The notes beneath the pieces were generated by a model, which saw nothing but the letters and a program-made list of their open reading frames with translations, was not told the origin of the DNA and ran no database searches. Both the position numbers and the translations under genes were made by a program. This document shows positions 21,752 to 33,835 of a stretch of 64,000 nucleotides of DNA, in pieces. Each line of letters opens with the position of its first letter. Within the stretch, counting starts at the first letter, position 1. Source of the stretch: a virus (Duplodnaviria; Caudoviricetes); the IMG/VR virus record IMGVR_UViG_3300020576_006930, positions 1-64,000 of that record; one strand, 5' to 3'.

Positions 21752-23317
21752 TCACAGGACCGTCAAGCCTTTTTTTAATATCTTTGAGTCGATTTATTTC
21801 CGCTCTAATCGGTTTGAGGTCAACGAGTAATGCCCGAACGGCCTCATTAGGATGGACACATCCATTAACAATGCCTTCTAATACGGCAAGTGTTGGTTCT
21901 AAATCTTTGGTGGTTAACATCTTACAAAACTTTTTCCAGCCAGGCCATCGCATCTTTGATGCGTTGCGCATTGTGTTCGCCACCGTTCATCGGAGCCGCA
22001 AACACAAAGTCCCAATCAATTGGCGATAAGACACTTAGGAGATTTAAGGCCGCCGTGGTCTTAGCCTTCTCCGCCATTAGTAACTCTCTTAAAATTTTAA
22101 TGTCATCCATAAGAAATTGTTTTACCTCGCCTTACCGTCAATGGGCTGCGTCCCCCGTGCAACCTTGACCAAGAGGATTTTTTGGTCAAGTCCAGCTAGA
22201 TATTTTTAGGGCTGTCTCTCTTCAGTACCGCTGCTGGTCGGTGGAGCTTTATGCCGTTTAGTTAGCGTTAATAGAATATCAGCTTGTTATAAAACGACAA
22301 GCTTTATTTTTAGATTTTTTCGCGTATTATTAAGCCTTCTACTGCTAGGATTAGGCAAACTACAATGTTACAATAAGCGTTGACACTCTATAAAAAGCTG
22401 GTATTCTTTACACGTAATGAAACAACGCATTCAATTGGAATTTTCTGTCGTGATGGTCGTGGACGTGGACGTTTCCTGGGACAGTTCCACCGGCACCCGA
22501 CCAGTTCAAGACCCGATTACTTATGCTAATCAGTTTGCGGACCTCGCTGCTTGTTCTCACGGCAACCACCAATTTGTCAAGGATGGGGTTATCGCTAATC
22601 GCCTAACCATTGTGGACACTGAAGTGACTGCGAAAAATTCGCACACCCTTTTCACCCTGTAAAATGAACATCATTGATAAATCCGCAGCTGCTCACCAGC
22701 GCAAATGTCGGCGTGAAATGGCTAATCAGCCCAAGCCAAAGCGCATCACCAAGGCTGATATCCTGAAGGACATCTTGGCGCATTTTCCGCGCACCATCGG
22801 CAAACTGGATACCACGGGGGTTATGAACAAACGGACCGGGCGGCCGAACTGGTACATTCGCATGGAAACGGATCACGGTAAAGCGGACAGGATTGGCCAG
22901 TATGCTTTGCGCGTTTATGGGAAGCAAGTGTACACTTATTCTGCTTGTCATATCTTCCGGAAGGCTCATCTGTCAATTTATTTCAAATAATTTATGAAGA
23001 AAACCAAAAACAAAAAGGGTGTGTATTGCGGCGTTGAGATCAAAGGCGCACGTGCCCACCGGTTGAAGGCGCTTAAGCAAAAAGCGGGCGATGGGCTTGA
23101 TGAACCTGTATTAGACAAGTTCATTGATGATGACACCAAGATTAACACCGATGATGCCGTCGTGACGCATCCCAGCGACTGGGACATCCGGGATGAAGTC
23201 AGCCAAATGGATGCTTTCCGGGACTACCAACAGGAGAGTCGGGGGAACGGTTTGACTTATGGTGACTATTAAGCAAAAAAGGCTTGACGCTTTATAAAAA
23301 GCTGATAGTATATCCCT

Positions 23318-23710
23318 ATGTTAAACGCTACTGAATTACAGAATACATTGTCCGGCTTCTACGGCACGGATGGTTATCACAAGCTCACCATTTTCCCCGG
23401 CATCGTCGGCACGGACGGCGTCAAATATTTGGCCCAGAAAGCAGAGTGCTTCTGGCTCATTGATGAGATTGCGATTGCCCAACGGACTGTCCCGGCCGTC
23501 CGCAAGTTGGAGGATATTCAGTTCTGGGAATTGACCGTGGCGGACCGCAAGGCTGTGTTGGTTTGTAATGAGGATGAGGGCAAGCCGGTGTACACCAAGG
23601 AAATTGGGTTTACCGACTTCCCGCTCCCGAGCCAAAAGATTTGGGTGGCCGCAGGCGGGGACCCGGACGGCAAGGTGTTCAAGGTGATGATGCTGCCGAG
23701 CGAATACTAA
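23318..23710 (+). CDS. DUF6876-like protein
   Basis: FYGTDGYH...TDGVKYLA..A.CFWLID.I...DFPL...MLPSEY. Confidence 0.65.
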   Translation: MLNATELQNTLSGFYGTDGYHKLTIFPGIVGTDGVKYLAQKAECFWLIDEIAIAQRTVPAVRKLEDIQFWELTVADRKAVLVCNEDEGKPVYTKEIGFTDFPLPSQKIWVAAGGDPDGKVFKVMMLPSEY

Positions 23711-23881
23711 TGACAGAGGGGTTGGGGCTAAGTTTCCGAAAAAAGCCTGGGAGGTTAGGTGTGAACCGAAAAAACAACCTATGATTTTTAGAGAATGGCC
23801 CGAAAGGGTGAGCAGAAAAGCCTTACAAGGGCCTAGTAACCGGTATCTGTCCTATACCGTCAACCCAGGTGAAAGCCCTGG

Positions 23882-24100
23882 ATGGACCTTAAATTTATGA
23901 AAATACCAATGAAACCGTGTCCCTTCTGTGGTTCGGAAGATGAACATTGCGGCGACTTTGAACTCCAACGAAGCACTCCGGACCGTGAAGGCGTGCCCAC
24001 CCGTGTTATCTGTGGTTGTGGTGCGGCGGGGCCCCAGGTGTATGAACCGGATGAGGAAAACTTTATGTTGGCTGTCCAGGCGTGGAACAACCGGGCTTGA
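23882..24100 (+). CDS. Lar-like restriction alleviation zinc-ribbon protein
   Basis: KPCPFCGS...C.CGA.GP...AWNNR. Confidence 0.7.
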   Translation: MDLKFMKIPMKPCPFCGSEDEHCGDFELQRSTPDREGVPTRVICGCGAAGPQVYEPDEENFMLAVQAWNNRA

Positions 24101-24364
24101 CAAATTCTCCGCGTGGTGTATAATTATGGGGTATGAAAATAACCTTTACTCGGAATGTGAATTGCGATTTTTTTGACCACAAGACCCAGGAGGAGTACCC
24201 AAAATACTTCCAGAAATGGGACACGGTTCAAGCGGAAGCGGTAGAGAAGGCTGGCGCAACCGTGAATATTGCGCTTTACGATGGCAACACCATTATGGCG
24301 GTTCCGCGTGGGGCAGTTGAAATTGGGGCTTGACATTATATAAAAAGCTGATAGCCTTATTTCA

Positions 24365-24934
24365 ATGAATATCAAAAAGCTCGAAACCGAATTTACATTA
24401 AATGCGGATAAACGGGGAGATAATGTATTTAAACAAGTAATGCGCAATGAGTTCGCGGCCATCTATCAGCGGTTTGATATGACGGGCAAGCCTCTGGAGT
24501 TTGAAGTGTTTGCGATCAAAAAGGCGGGCGGCACGGAAGTTTTTGGCAAGTATTACGAGCCCTATGAGGCTTATCCCGGCGCCGCTGCGTTCGGCCGCAC
24601 CGCGTGGTCCACGAATACGGTTCAGCGAGCCAAGCAGATTTTTGATGAGATCACGGCCGGTGAAGGGCTGCGTAAGCAGGGTCAGGCGGCTAAGCCTGTG
24701 GCGGTCAAGCTGAAGCGAGTCGGTAAAGGTCGGCCCAAGTTGGCTCGCCCGGCGCTGGTCTTCCCGAAGAAAACCTTTTGTATGAAGGACCTGTTGGCGG
24801 TGAATCCTGGTTACACGCAACCGATTCTGTACATTGACTTGATGAAACTGGTTAAGGTCAATAAGGTTGTGGAATCCGAACGGAAGAAACTGGGCCCAGG
24901 TCGGCCGGTGGTTTTTTACAAAGTAAAAGCTTGA
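24365..24934 (+). CDS. Early protein with C-terminal GRP/winged-helix-like domain
   Basis: GRPKLARP..VFPKK.F...LLAVN...GRPVVFY, similar to 11169-11504. Confidence 0.55.
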   Translation: MNIKKLETEFTLNADKRGDNVFKQVMRNEFAAIYQRFDMTGKPLEFEVFAIKKAGGTEVFGKYYEPYEAYPGAAAFGRTAWSTNTVQRAKQIFDEITAGEGLRKQGQAAKPVAVKLKRVGKGRPKLARPALVFPKKTFCMKDLLAVNPGYTQPILYIDLMKLVKVNKVVESERKKLGPGRPVVFYKVKA

Positions 24935-25286
24935 CCTTTAACAGGTCGCTGATATTATATTGTTGTCTAACATAGAGAATGTGGTGAGACTTGTAAGCGA
25001 GTATGGGCTGTCTCTTGATACATAATACGCTATGGAAATGGCCGCCGGTCCTGACGATAAACTACTACCGGTTTTAATTTGCGGGATTGGTTTGTGAAAG
25101 TGCGGGGCTGGTTACCTGTAAGACGCTTTTAAAGTGTGAACCACACTTTTCCAATTTCGCACCAATTTATGGCGAGCGGATGGCCATTGTGAGAGGTCCC
25201 ATTGAAGGCTAGTAGTCCTGGACCGGACTAAAACTAACAATGCTCACGATGAATCAGGTCTGACTCCTGATTGTCGCCACTTTTTC

Positions 25287-25428
25287 GCGTGGGTTAGGTT
25301 GTTGGGAAAAACGACATTGCGTTAACGATGTCTAACCTGAAAGGGAACAAGATCGGTTCCTGAGTAACTGAAGCGCTGTTGGCCAACGGCGTTGTAAGTC
25401 GGTGGTTCGATTCCACCCCCACGCACCA
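25287..25428 (+). ncRNA. Enlarged tRNA-like RNA (142 nt)
   Basis: GCGTGGG/CCCACGC-A-CCA plus T arm GGTGG-TTCGATT-CCACC; interior replaced by several hairpins. Confidence 0.65.
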
Positions 25429-27137
25429 TTTTCTGTTTGACAGGTATTCGTTCATCCTGTATATTTATTACCAATGAAAACATTGACCGAACGGGACGCA
25501 CTCTTAAAGCCAAAGGCAAAGGGCACACTCAATAGTAAAACGCCTAATCCTTTTGAACTGGCTTATAAGGAACTCTGGGATCTTCTCCCCGCATGGAAAA
25601 AGAAAGCCTTCGCCGATGAGAATGCGGCTAATCGCATGACTGATACTCATCATAAGTTCATCAAAGATGTCACGGACCGGGCGGAAGAATTATTTGCGAC
25701 TAAAGCTTGACACTTTATAAAAAGCTGATAGGATATTGGCGTGATGAAGAACTTAATATCTTTTGTAAGACAAAACGAAATACCAATCGCCTTAATCGCA
25801 TTCTGTACCGCCGCTGGAGGTCTGTTTGGTCATCCTGGAATTGGACTCTCAATCTCAATTGCGGTAATCGCCTTGGTTCATTTATTTCTCTAATATGAAT
25901 GAAGTCCATTATCGTCTGATCTATCCCCGGGTCGACCGGGTTCCCGCTTCCAACTCTGACCAGCCGCGGGTCATTGACGGCCATTTGAACATCGGGTGTG
26001 GCTCCTGGAAAACCAACACCGCAATGCGGAAAGGGTTCTGCGATACTATTTTCGCCGGCGCTGGCAATCACCCTTACCTTAAATCCGAAGGCGGCGAACA
26101 ATTTGATTGGTGGCGCACGGCCAAGGCGCGCTCAATGTCGGTCGGGGATATTGTGAACATTGACCCGGCGGGGCTGAACGAATTTTGGATTTGCGATAGT
26201 TGTGGCTGGTTGTTGTTGACTCCGGACCAGGCTAACTCCTGGCTGGAATTTCCACGTCAACACGGTGCGTGTAGTTCTGAACTACGTCAATGGTTGGACC
26301 TTTACGTCAATGGTTGGACCTTAATTGCCAATGAAATATATAATGTTTGAAGAGCCGTCGGGTATCCGTTGGCCTCTGATGTTCCCTGAGATTGTCCAGC
26401 ACTCTGACATTGCTCGGGCGATTAACAGCGAAACACCCGGCATTAAACCTGTGTCCGCCGGCTTTTTCTCAATGCTAAAGACCGAAGGGGAAAATGTTTA
26501 TCTGACGCACGGCAAATCCGTTTCGATGGGCCTGGACGCCAAAGCGGAGGATGCGGAAGAAATTAAAAAAACATTTGACTTCTCCTGTTAAATCGGTTAG
26601 CATATATAACAATGAAACTGGATCGCAACTACTACTTGGTTCATAACACCGCATCCGAAACCGTCACCCATTACGATGATGCCTACCGCTTAGTAGGTTG
26701 GTTAATGGGCAAGAAAACTTCGCATTTGATTATCCACGTCATCAAGGGCAACAAGGCCAAGCTGTTGGCAGTCAACACAGACCCGTTGGACTTCCAAAAA
26801 GAATTGCTCGCCACGATGGCCAGTCTATAAGTTTATGGCAAAGGATATATTCGATCACGTTATGGCAATGTCTCCCGGTGAACTGAAGAAAACCCAGGGG
26901 CAATTTTCCAAGGCTCTTCATTCCGAAAAAAATCCTGAAATGGAAAACTTCCTGGAAGGTCTGGGCATGGAAGTGTTCGGGCGCAGTCGGGAATTGGCCC
27001 GGGCATTGGACCAGTGTATTGCGTGTGGTAAACCGGCCACGGAATTTCGTGACCAGTTGAGTCACCGTGAGTATTTAATTTCACATTTGTGTCAGTCCTG
27101 TCAAGACAAAGTGTTTGAGGAACCGGAAGAGTAATTT

Positions 27138-27479
27138 ATGGCGAGAGGTCCTTCGGGCGCAAAACGGTATCGCAAAATTCGGCGTGCCCTCTGGGAAGCA
27201 AATCCCCATTGTCATTTCTGTGGTTGCTTGACTTGTTGGTGGACGAAGCCGACCGGGCCGATGCCTAGTAATGGGGCAACTTTAGAACATCTTATCTCCC
27301 GTCTGAATCCCATTAGGTATCAGTTGAAGGAATACCCCCGATCACTTTTTGTTCTGGCCTGTAACAAATGTAACCACGAACGGGGAGTTTATGAAGATCG
27401 CCGGCTGCGGCAAATGGTAAGTTGGAATTCCAAAGAACAATTAAAAAAAGTATTGACGGAATGCGTTCCGCTGGTATAA
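27138..27479 (+). CDS. HNH endonuclease
   Basis: CHFCG...ATLEHL...VLACNKCN. Confidence 0.75.
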   Translation: MARGPSGAKRYRKIRRALWEANPHCHFCGCLTCWWTKPTGPMPSNGATLEHLISRLNPIRYQLKEYPRSLFVLACNKCNHERGVYEDRRLRQMVSWNSKEQLKKVLTECVPLV

Positions 27480-28611
27480 TATCTTTATAAATGAAATATC
27501 GCAATCGTTCAAGTCATTATCTGTTCACGGTTACATACACGGGAAACGGCACGGACAGTCAGAGTGAAATCTTTTTCAAGGCCTTATGTAAGGCTAACCG
27601 TGAGGTGGGTCCGGGTCAACTTTTCCGGATGGGCCGGAAACGGGACCGCAGCGCAATAACTGACCGAGCCACCCGTTGCCGGGGTCACGTCCCGATTACC
27701 ATTTGCGACCGCTTCGATGTTTATGTGCGGATTAAGCCGGATTATTCCTGTATTCACAACTCTACTCAGGGGAATTGGACAATCTTGGGCGAAAATACCA
27801 AGAAACGCACACGGGCTCTCATCCAAAGCGCTGGCGATTTAATCGCCATTAATTGGCAGATTATTGAATATTGTAATGAGGCTCATAAGGACCTCTTCGA
27901 TAAAATATTCTATCCAAAAACCGAAATCGTTTCTATTCCTGACACCGACGAAAACAAAATTGTTTTTCCAAAGGGTATCACCCTCACCAATCAATCAAAT
28001 ATGAAATACGAACCTAAGTTCAATAACTGGGAAGTCAAACTCAGCGCAAAAGTCCGTTGTGTCGGCCCCGGTGTGGTTGCCGATGTGGACCGGTTTTTCA
28101 AGGGCATCACGGGATTGTCTGAAGTGGTTTTGACGGAAGCGACTCCGATTGATGAACACAAGGACCTTCCGCTGGTGTCGTTTCGATATCCTCCTGCTAA
28201 TAAGATTGGTTACAGCGATGTTCTTGCGGAGGAACGGTCAATCCGGGTTACCAAGATGGATGACACCTACCTGGAAGGATTCGACAGGCAACAATTCAAG
28301 AAGTTCCGCGTGGACCGTATCGTGGGTGAAATCATCTTGGTGGAATTGTCTGGTAAACAGAACTAATCTATGCTACAAACAAATCTAATCGGCCGGCAGT
28401 TCACTACTCGCAATGATAAAAGTGTGTTAACCGTGGTCGCCGTCTTTGTTAATCAGGGCCGGCTATGGCTAACAGGCGAATCGGAGCGGGGTAGTTTACT
28501 TACTTATCAGTTTGATGAAGTAAAACTAATCCCAGCCCCGCGTGGGCAGGCAGAAGATTTACGGGGAATTATATAAAAAGCTGTTGACCTTTTATACAAA
28601 GCTGATAGACT

Positions 28612-29130
28612 TTGTGTATGAAGAAAAACGATAAAGTCATTCTCAACGTTCCGGTAAAAGAAGAGTATCGGGACACTATGATTCCCGCCGGCACCGAACT
28701 GATGATCTGGAAGGCCAGTCGGGACGGGACGCTCCGTTGTTCTTACAAGGGTCGGTACGGTGCGCAATCTGTCACCGTCAAGGCAACGGCGGTTACCCCG
28801 ATACTAGGCCGCAATTGCCCAATGCCCCAAAAGGGCGACCTGTTTGTCTCCAGCTGGGGCTACGGCCAAACCAACATTGATTATTTCCAGGTCGTGGGCG
28901 TCAAGGGCAAGATGATTGAGGTCTGCCGCATCCAAGGCGCCAACCTCAGTTACGATGCCCGGTGTTTCCAGGGCACCACCAAGCCGGTTCCGAACGCATT
29001 CACCAGCGAAGCCCGCCGGTATCTGGTCCGCTTCAACGCAGAGGACAAACCTTATTTCAAGGTCGCTTCCTACGCAAATGCGTATCCCACTACGGCCGAC
29101 GCAGTTCACAATTACAGCGACGGCAACTAA
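28612..29130 (+). CDS. Hypothetical early protein
   Basis: Follows an early promoter; GDLFVSSWGYGQTNIDYFQV motif. Confidence 0.65.
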   Translation: MCMKKNDKVILNVPVKEEYRDTMIPAGTELMIWKASRDGTLRCSYKGRYGAQSVTVKATAVTPILGRNCPMPQKGDLFVSSWGYGQTNIDYFQVVGVKGKMIEVCRIQGANLSYDARCFQGTTKPVPNAFTSEARRYLVRFNAEDKPYFKVASYANAYPTTADAVHNYSDGN

Positions 29131-32100
29131 TAATGGATTATGGACAAGATAACGCACATGGGCTTGGAGCGACTGGAGGCCCTTATCGCCAGTTGGAACG
29201 GACAGAAGATCCTGGTCCGCGTGCCCTTGGTCGGCACCGCTTTTGTTGCTTTTTATGGGACATTGACGGAAGGTATGAACGACGGCGACGAGCCGCAGTT
29301 TACCATTACCCGAACGGACATGCCCTCCCCCACATTAGTTTTTCAAGCCGTCGACGTAGCTTTCATTATGAACCCTGATAAGGTACCGCAAATAGTGTTG
29401 AAAAACCCGCCGGTGCCTCCGGTCCAGAATTTTGATAATAAGGCTTGACCTTTTATACAAAGCTGATAAATTGTCCATAGATGAACGCAACAATCGCTCC
29501 GAACGAAATCGCAGTCCGCCATAGTGTTTGTAACGACTCTGAATGGCTCACCATCGATTGTCTTAATGATTGGGATGATGTTAAGAAATTGACCAAAAAG
29601 GTTCTGATCTATGATGACCGGCGTTTTACCTTTCGGATTTGGAACAGCGACCGGCACGAATGTTTCTTCGCCCGCATGCTGGACCCAAAAAGGTGCGGCG
29701 GTACTGCCAAGATCGTCGCACGCACCAAGAAAGATAAACTTCCCGTATGATTCTACGCTTACACGTCGATACCAATGATTACACGGACAAAGACGATGTT
29801 ACCATCCCGATGCTTCAGGATACCCCCTGGAACTTGTTCAAACTCCGCGTGGCCACCTTCCAGGACTGGCGTACCATTGGTCAGACTGGTTTCTGGACCA
29901 TTGATGGGGAGTCTTATTGTGGAACAGCTTACGAATGCGAAATCAACTACCGGGACGAACTCCTGCTCCGGACCTTGGTCAACCGCATCAAGGAAATCTG
30001 TGGGGACCGTTTTATCAATATGTGGATCAATGACTTGCCTGTGGGCTTTACCAAAGATGAGGGCTTATTGGTAATGAATATGAACCCGGCGTGGCTTGCG
30101 GAAATGGTTGGCAACGGAAGATATGACACTCACCCCTAGACAAATCGTCGCGGTTAAATGGCTTATCCGTTGGACGAAAGAATGCGTTCAGGAAAGGATG
30201 GATGCCTTTGAGGATATGGAGCGCACCGGAGAGATTGAAAAGGGCCATCTTGCTTATGTTCAGAGTATTATCGATGAACTGAAAAAGATAGAAGAGGCTT
30301 GACACTCTCCAGATATTTGATAATATATCACCAATGAATATCTTCGGCATCCGCAATAAACAAACCAAACAATTGATCCGTGTCAGCGCATTCTCTAATG
30401 AAGGCTGCGAAGATTGTAATAACGTCGGCGCAATCTTTGAAATGAGCGATTATGGCGACTCTTTGTATGTCGTTGCTTCGTATGGTGTTGCGTTGAAAGC
30501 CTTGGAAACCGACCCCGCCTGGTACAATTCTTCATTGGAACGGCCGCAATGGCCGGATAACTTCGATCCTGGTGCCTGGGAGGTAGTTACAATTGAAGTG
30601 AAATAATCATTGACACTTTATAAAAAGCTGATAATCTATTGATATGAAACGAGCAAGTTATATCTACGTCGGCAGCAACGACACCACGGTTTACATTTCT
30701 GATCTAAACATCGGTATGAGTGTCACTAATGATGCTGAGCGGGTGGTTGAGGAAATCATTCCCCGCTTCAAGGGTAAACGCATCGTCTACAAGGACACCG
30801 ATGGGCGCTGGGATGAGCTGGTCCACGATGGGCACCAATTCACGGGATTCGCCCCCAGCCAGGCGCCGGAAGGTATTCTGTTTTAATTGTTTATGAAAAT
30901 TACTCTTAGGCCCGCGGCTAAGCTTCGGCAAGCCACCAAAGTTAAACAATCGGAAAAAGAACCGACAATGCTTTCTGTTGTTCAACGGTTTATCAATGGC
31001 CCGTTGAAAACAAACATCGAAGATGCCTTGTGTTACACCGATAGATATGGAATTAACGAACAAGTTCCGCATGAGGCTTATCGTAATCTTCCTCTGTTTT
31101 ATAAACTTTGTAGTGAGGCACTTACGCCGCTTGGTTATTCCTGCGAAGAAAGTCACGACGGCGGCGGAATGTTTAGCACTCTGTATGTCAGTTGGGCGCC
31201 GAAGAAAAAAGTAAAATAAGTGTTGACGCTTTATAAAAAGCTGATAGACTATTGGCGTTATGAGAACCTTCAAAGAATGTCAAACCGAACTGGAACTGAA
31301 ACCCGTTGGGCAGTTCATCTTTAAGAAGGCCTGTCACTTCCCCAAATCAGGCGATACCATCCCAGCCGGGACTGAAGTCACCCTCTTTTACTCCCCCAAA
31401 GCCTACAACCGGGTATATCTTGACCGTGGTTCATTCGCAAAAACCATTAAACTGGCTAATTGCCACGGGTATTTCAAGGGCTTCTACAAGATGCCCACCA
31501 TGCGGACCTTGGAGAAGCAGGGCAACGATGCGATTGTGACGACTCCGACGGGGCACCGCGTGGAACCGGACGGCTACGGCCCCGATGGTATTCCCAGTTG
31601 GTTAATGGTGCTTGGTGTCATTTAAAAAAATATGAAGAAATGTATATTCAATTACCGTTATATGCTCATTCCTGTCGCTATCCCTTTACTGAATGATTTC
31701 TATAATGGAAAGCTAGTCACCCTTTACCGGGTGATTTTGATCTTCGGTTTCCGCGTGGCCTATTGGACGGTCAGGCAATAATAAAAAAATCATTGACGGC
31801 CTTAATAAAGCTGGTAGGATATAGATATGAAAGTTGACCACACTGGTTTCCTAAAGTATCATATGTTGGGGGAAATGATTTATAAACTCCAAACCGTCAA
31901 GAGTGACCTGGATCATCAATTTGAAATCGTCGTCCGGCGCTACATTACCGCCAACTTACCCCAACACGCTCGCTTCGCTGACCAAGCCTCAATTGACTTT
32001 ACCTGGCGTGAGGATGGGATTAATGTCTCTTATGACTATGAAGCCGATGGTTTCGGTTTTATGGATGGTCCGGAAAAACGCTCGGAATACTTCCATTTGA

Positions 32101-33271
32101 ACTACAAAGATGTTTTTGGCTGGGAAGTTGATTTCACCAAGGGCATTTCCGCCAAATGGGGCTTTGGTTATATTGACAACCTGATCAACAGCTTCCGCCC
32201 ACAACCACCCGCAATAAATTTTGATATATGATTGATTACCGCAAGAAATACAACTACCTGATTAAGGCCCTAAAAGCCTATAGGTTCGTGACTTACGGAC
32301 AATTCGATCAGGAAGATCGACATGAAGTCGAAGAAACCCAGGACGGAGCAAGGGCAATTGAAGATTTGCTGGAGGTGGTTGAGAGCCAAGCTACTGAGAT
32401 TGAAGCTCTTAGGCAACAGCTGATGGTATTGAGAGATTAATTAAATAAAGCTTGACGGTATCCTAAAATCTGATAATATATAACCAATGAATAACAAAAT
32501 CATTCGCACCGACGGCAACATCTACCGCATCATCCAGGTCCGCTTGGGTGGCAAACTTCTCACCAGTGTGGAATGTATCGCTGGCCCGGAGAAGGGTCAG
32601 GAAATCCTCAATCTCAACGCCGCTCGTTCCCGCCGGGCGAAGATCATCAAAAACGCCATCAAATTGGGCTTGGTATCCTAACTCTATGAATATGATTATC
32701 GCAACTATTACTACTTGGCCTGAAGCCTTCGCATTCTCAGTCGGCGCCATTTGCGCCGCGGCAGTAATGATTATTTTTATCAAAGAATAAGACTAATTTA
32801 TGACCATCGCAACTCTCATTGACCGTCTAAAAGACTATCCGGCCGACCAGGAAGTAATGCTTTTGGATGGTTTTAACGGCGGGGGCGAACCCCGTGAAAT
32901 CAACGTCGGGCCTTATGCTCGGGTCATTACCAAGCAAAACGCTAACAACGGGGCTGATTGTGAAGATAAGGTCGGCCAAACCGTGGTGGTAATGGGCTTC
33001 GGTTGTTACTAATAAAATATGACCTTTGAAGAATACTGGGCTACCCAACGGGAAAGCAAAGTCAACCAACTCAACCCCAGCAGCCAAGCACAACACTTTA
33101 AAGAAGTTGCTGAAGCCGCATGGGTCGAGGCGATGAATGAAGGCTACAAGTGGGGTGTAAAAGACACGGAAGTAGGACAATACGACCGTGGCCATCTGAA
33201 TCCCTAACCTATTTAAAAAGCATATGAACGATCCTCCGGCCTAACGGTTAATTGTTAAATATTATATTGAA

Positions 33272-33312
33272 GCCCCTGCTCCGCCAGAACAAAAGCGGAC
33301 AGGGGCATTTGT
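33272..33312 (+). terminator. Probable terminator closing the early region
   Basis: GCCCCTG-c-TCCGC...GCGGA-CAGGGGC-atttg. Confidence 0.55.
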
Positions 33313-33526
33313 TTGCCCCTACGGCAGGGGAGCTTTGGTGAAGGGCTAAAGCTGCCCCCTATGGTGGGGAGCATAATGGGGTTTAAATGGGGGTAAAAAG
33401 GGGGGCCTCCACCCCCAGTACCGCCGTCCGAAATGGTCAGCTTCTGGTCATTAAATGGGGGGGTCCAAGGGGCTGCCCTAAGCTGCTTTTCTATCCGGGA
33501 GTATTTTTTGGGCCCAGTTCTTTAAT

Positions 33527-33625
33527 ATGTGTGTAAGTATAAGATGTGTGTAAGTATAAGATGTGTGTAAGTATAAGATGTGTGTAAGTATAAGATGTGT
33601 GTAAGTATAAGATGTGTGTAAGTAT
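33527..33625. repeat. 17-bp tandem repeat ATGTGTGTAAGTATAAG x5.8, flanked by direct repeat GCCCAGTTCTTTAATA
   Basis: Units at 33527, 33544, 33561, 33578, 33595 and partial 33612; flanks at ~33512 and ~33640. Confidence 0.95.
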
Positions 33626-33835
33626 CATCTTGCGCTTGAGCCCAGTTCTTTAATAATATGCGGTTTTGGATAGCCAGTTTTAGCCCAATTTTAGCTCACC
33701 TTGAAAAATCCGGGAAAAATTTTTGGGTCGGTTTGGAAACAAATCCATATCGTGTTTTGTTTCTAAAAATGGAGGTTTAGTCGGCCCAAGTGCTTGCGGT
33801 AGTGGTTATTGGGGTTATTTTAACGGTTTGGGGGG

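Noticed and set aside
33527-33625. CRISPR array
   Set aside because: Repeat units abut directly with no spacers, and no cas genes are in the window.
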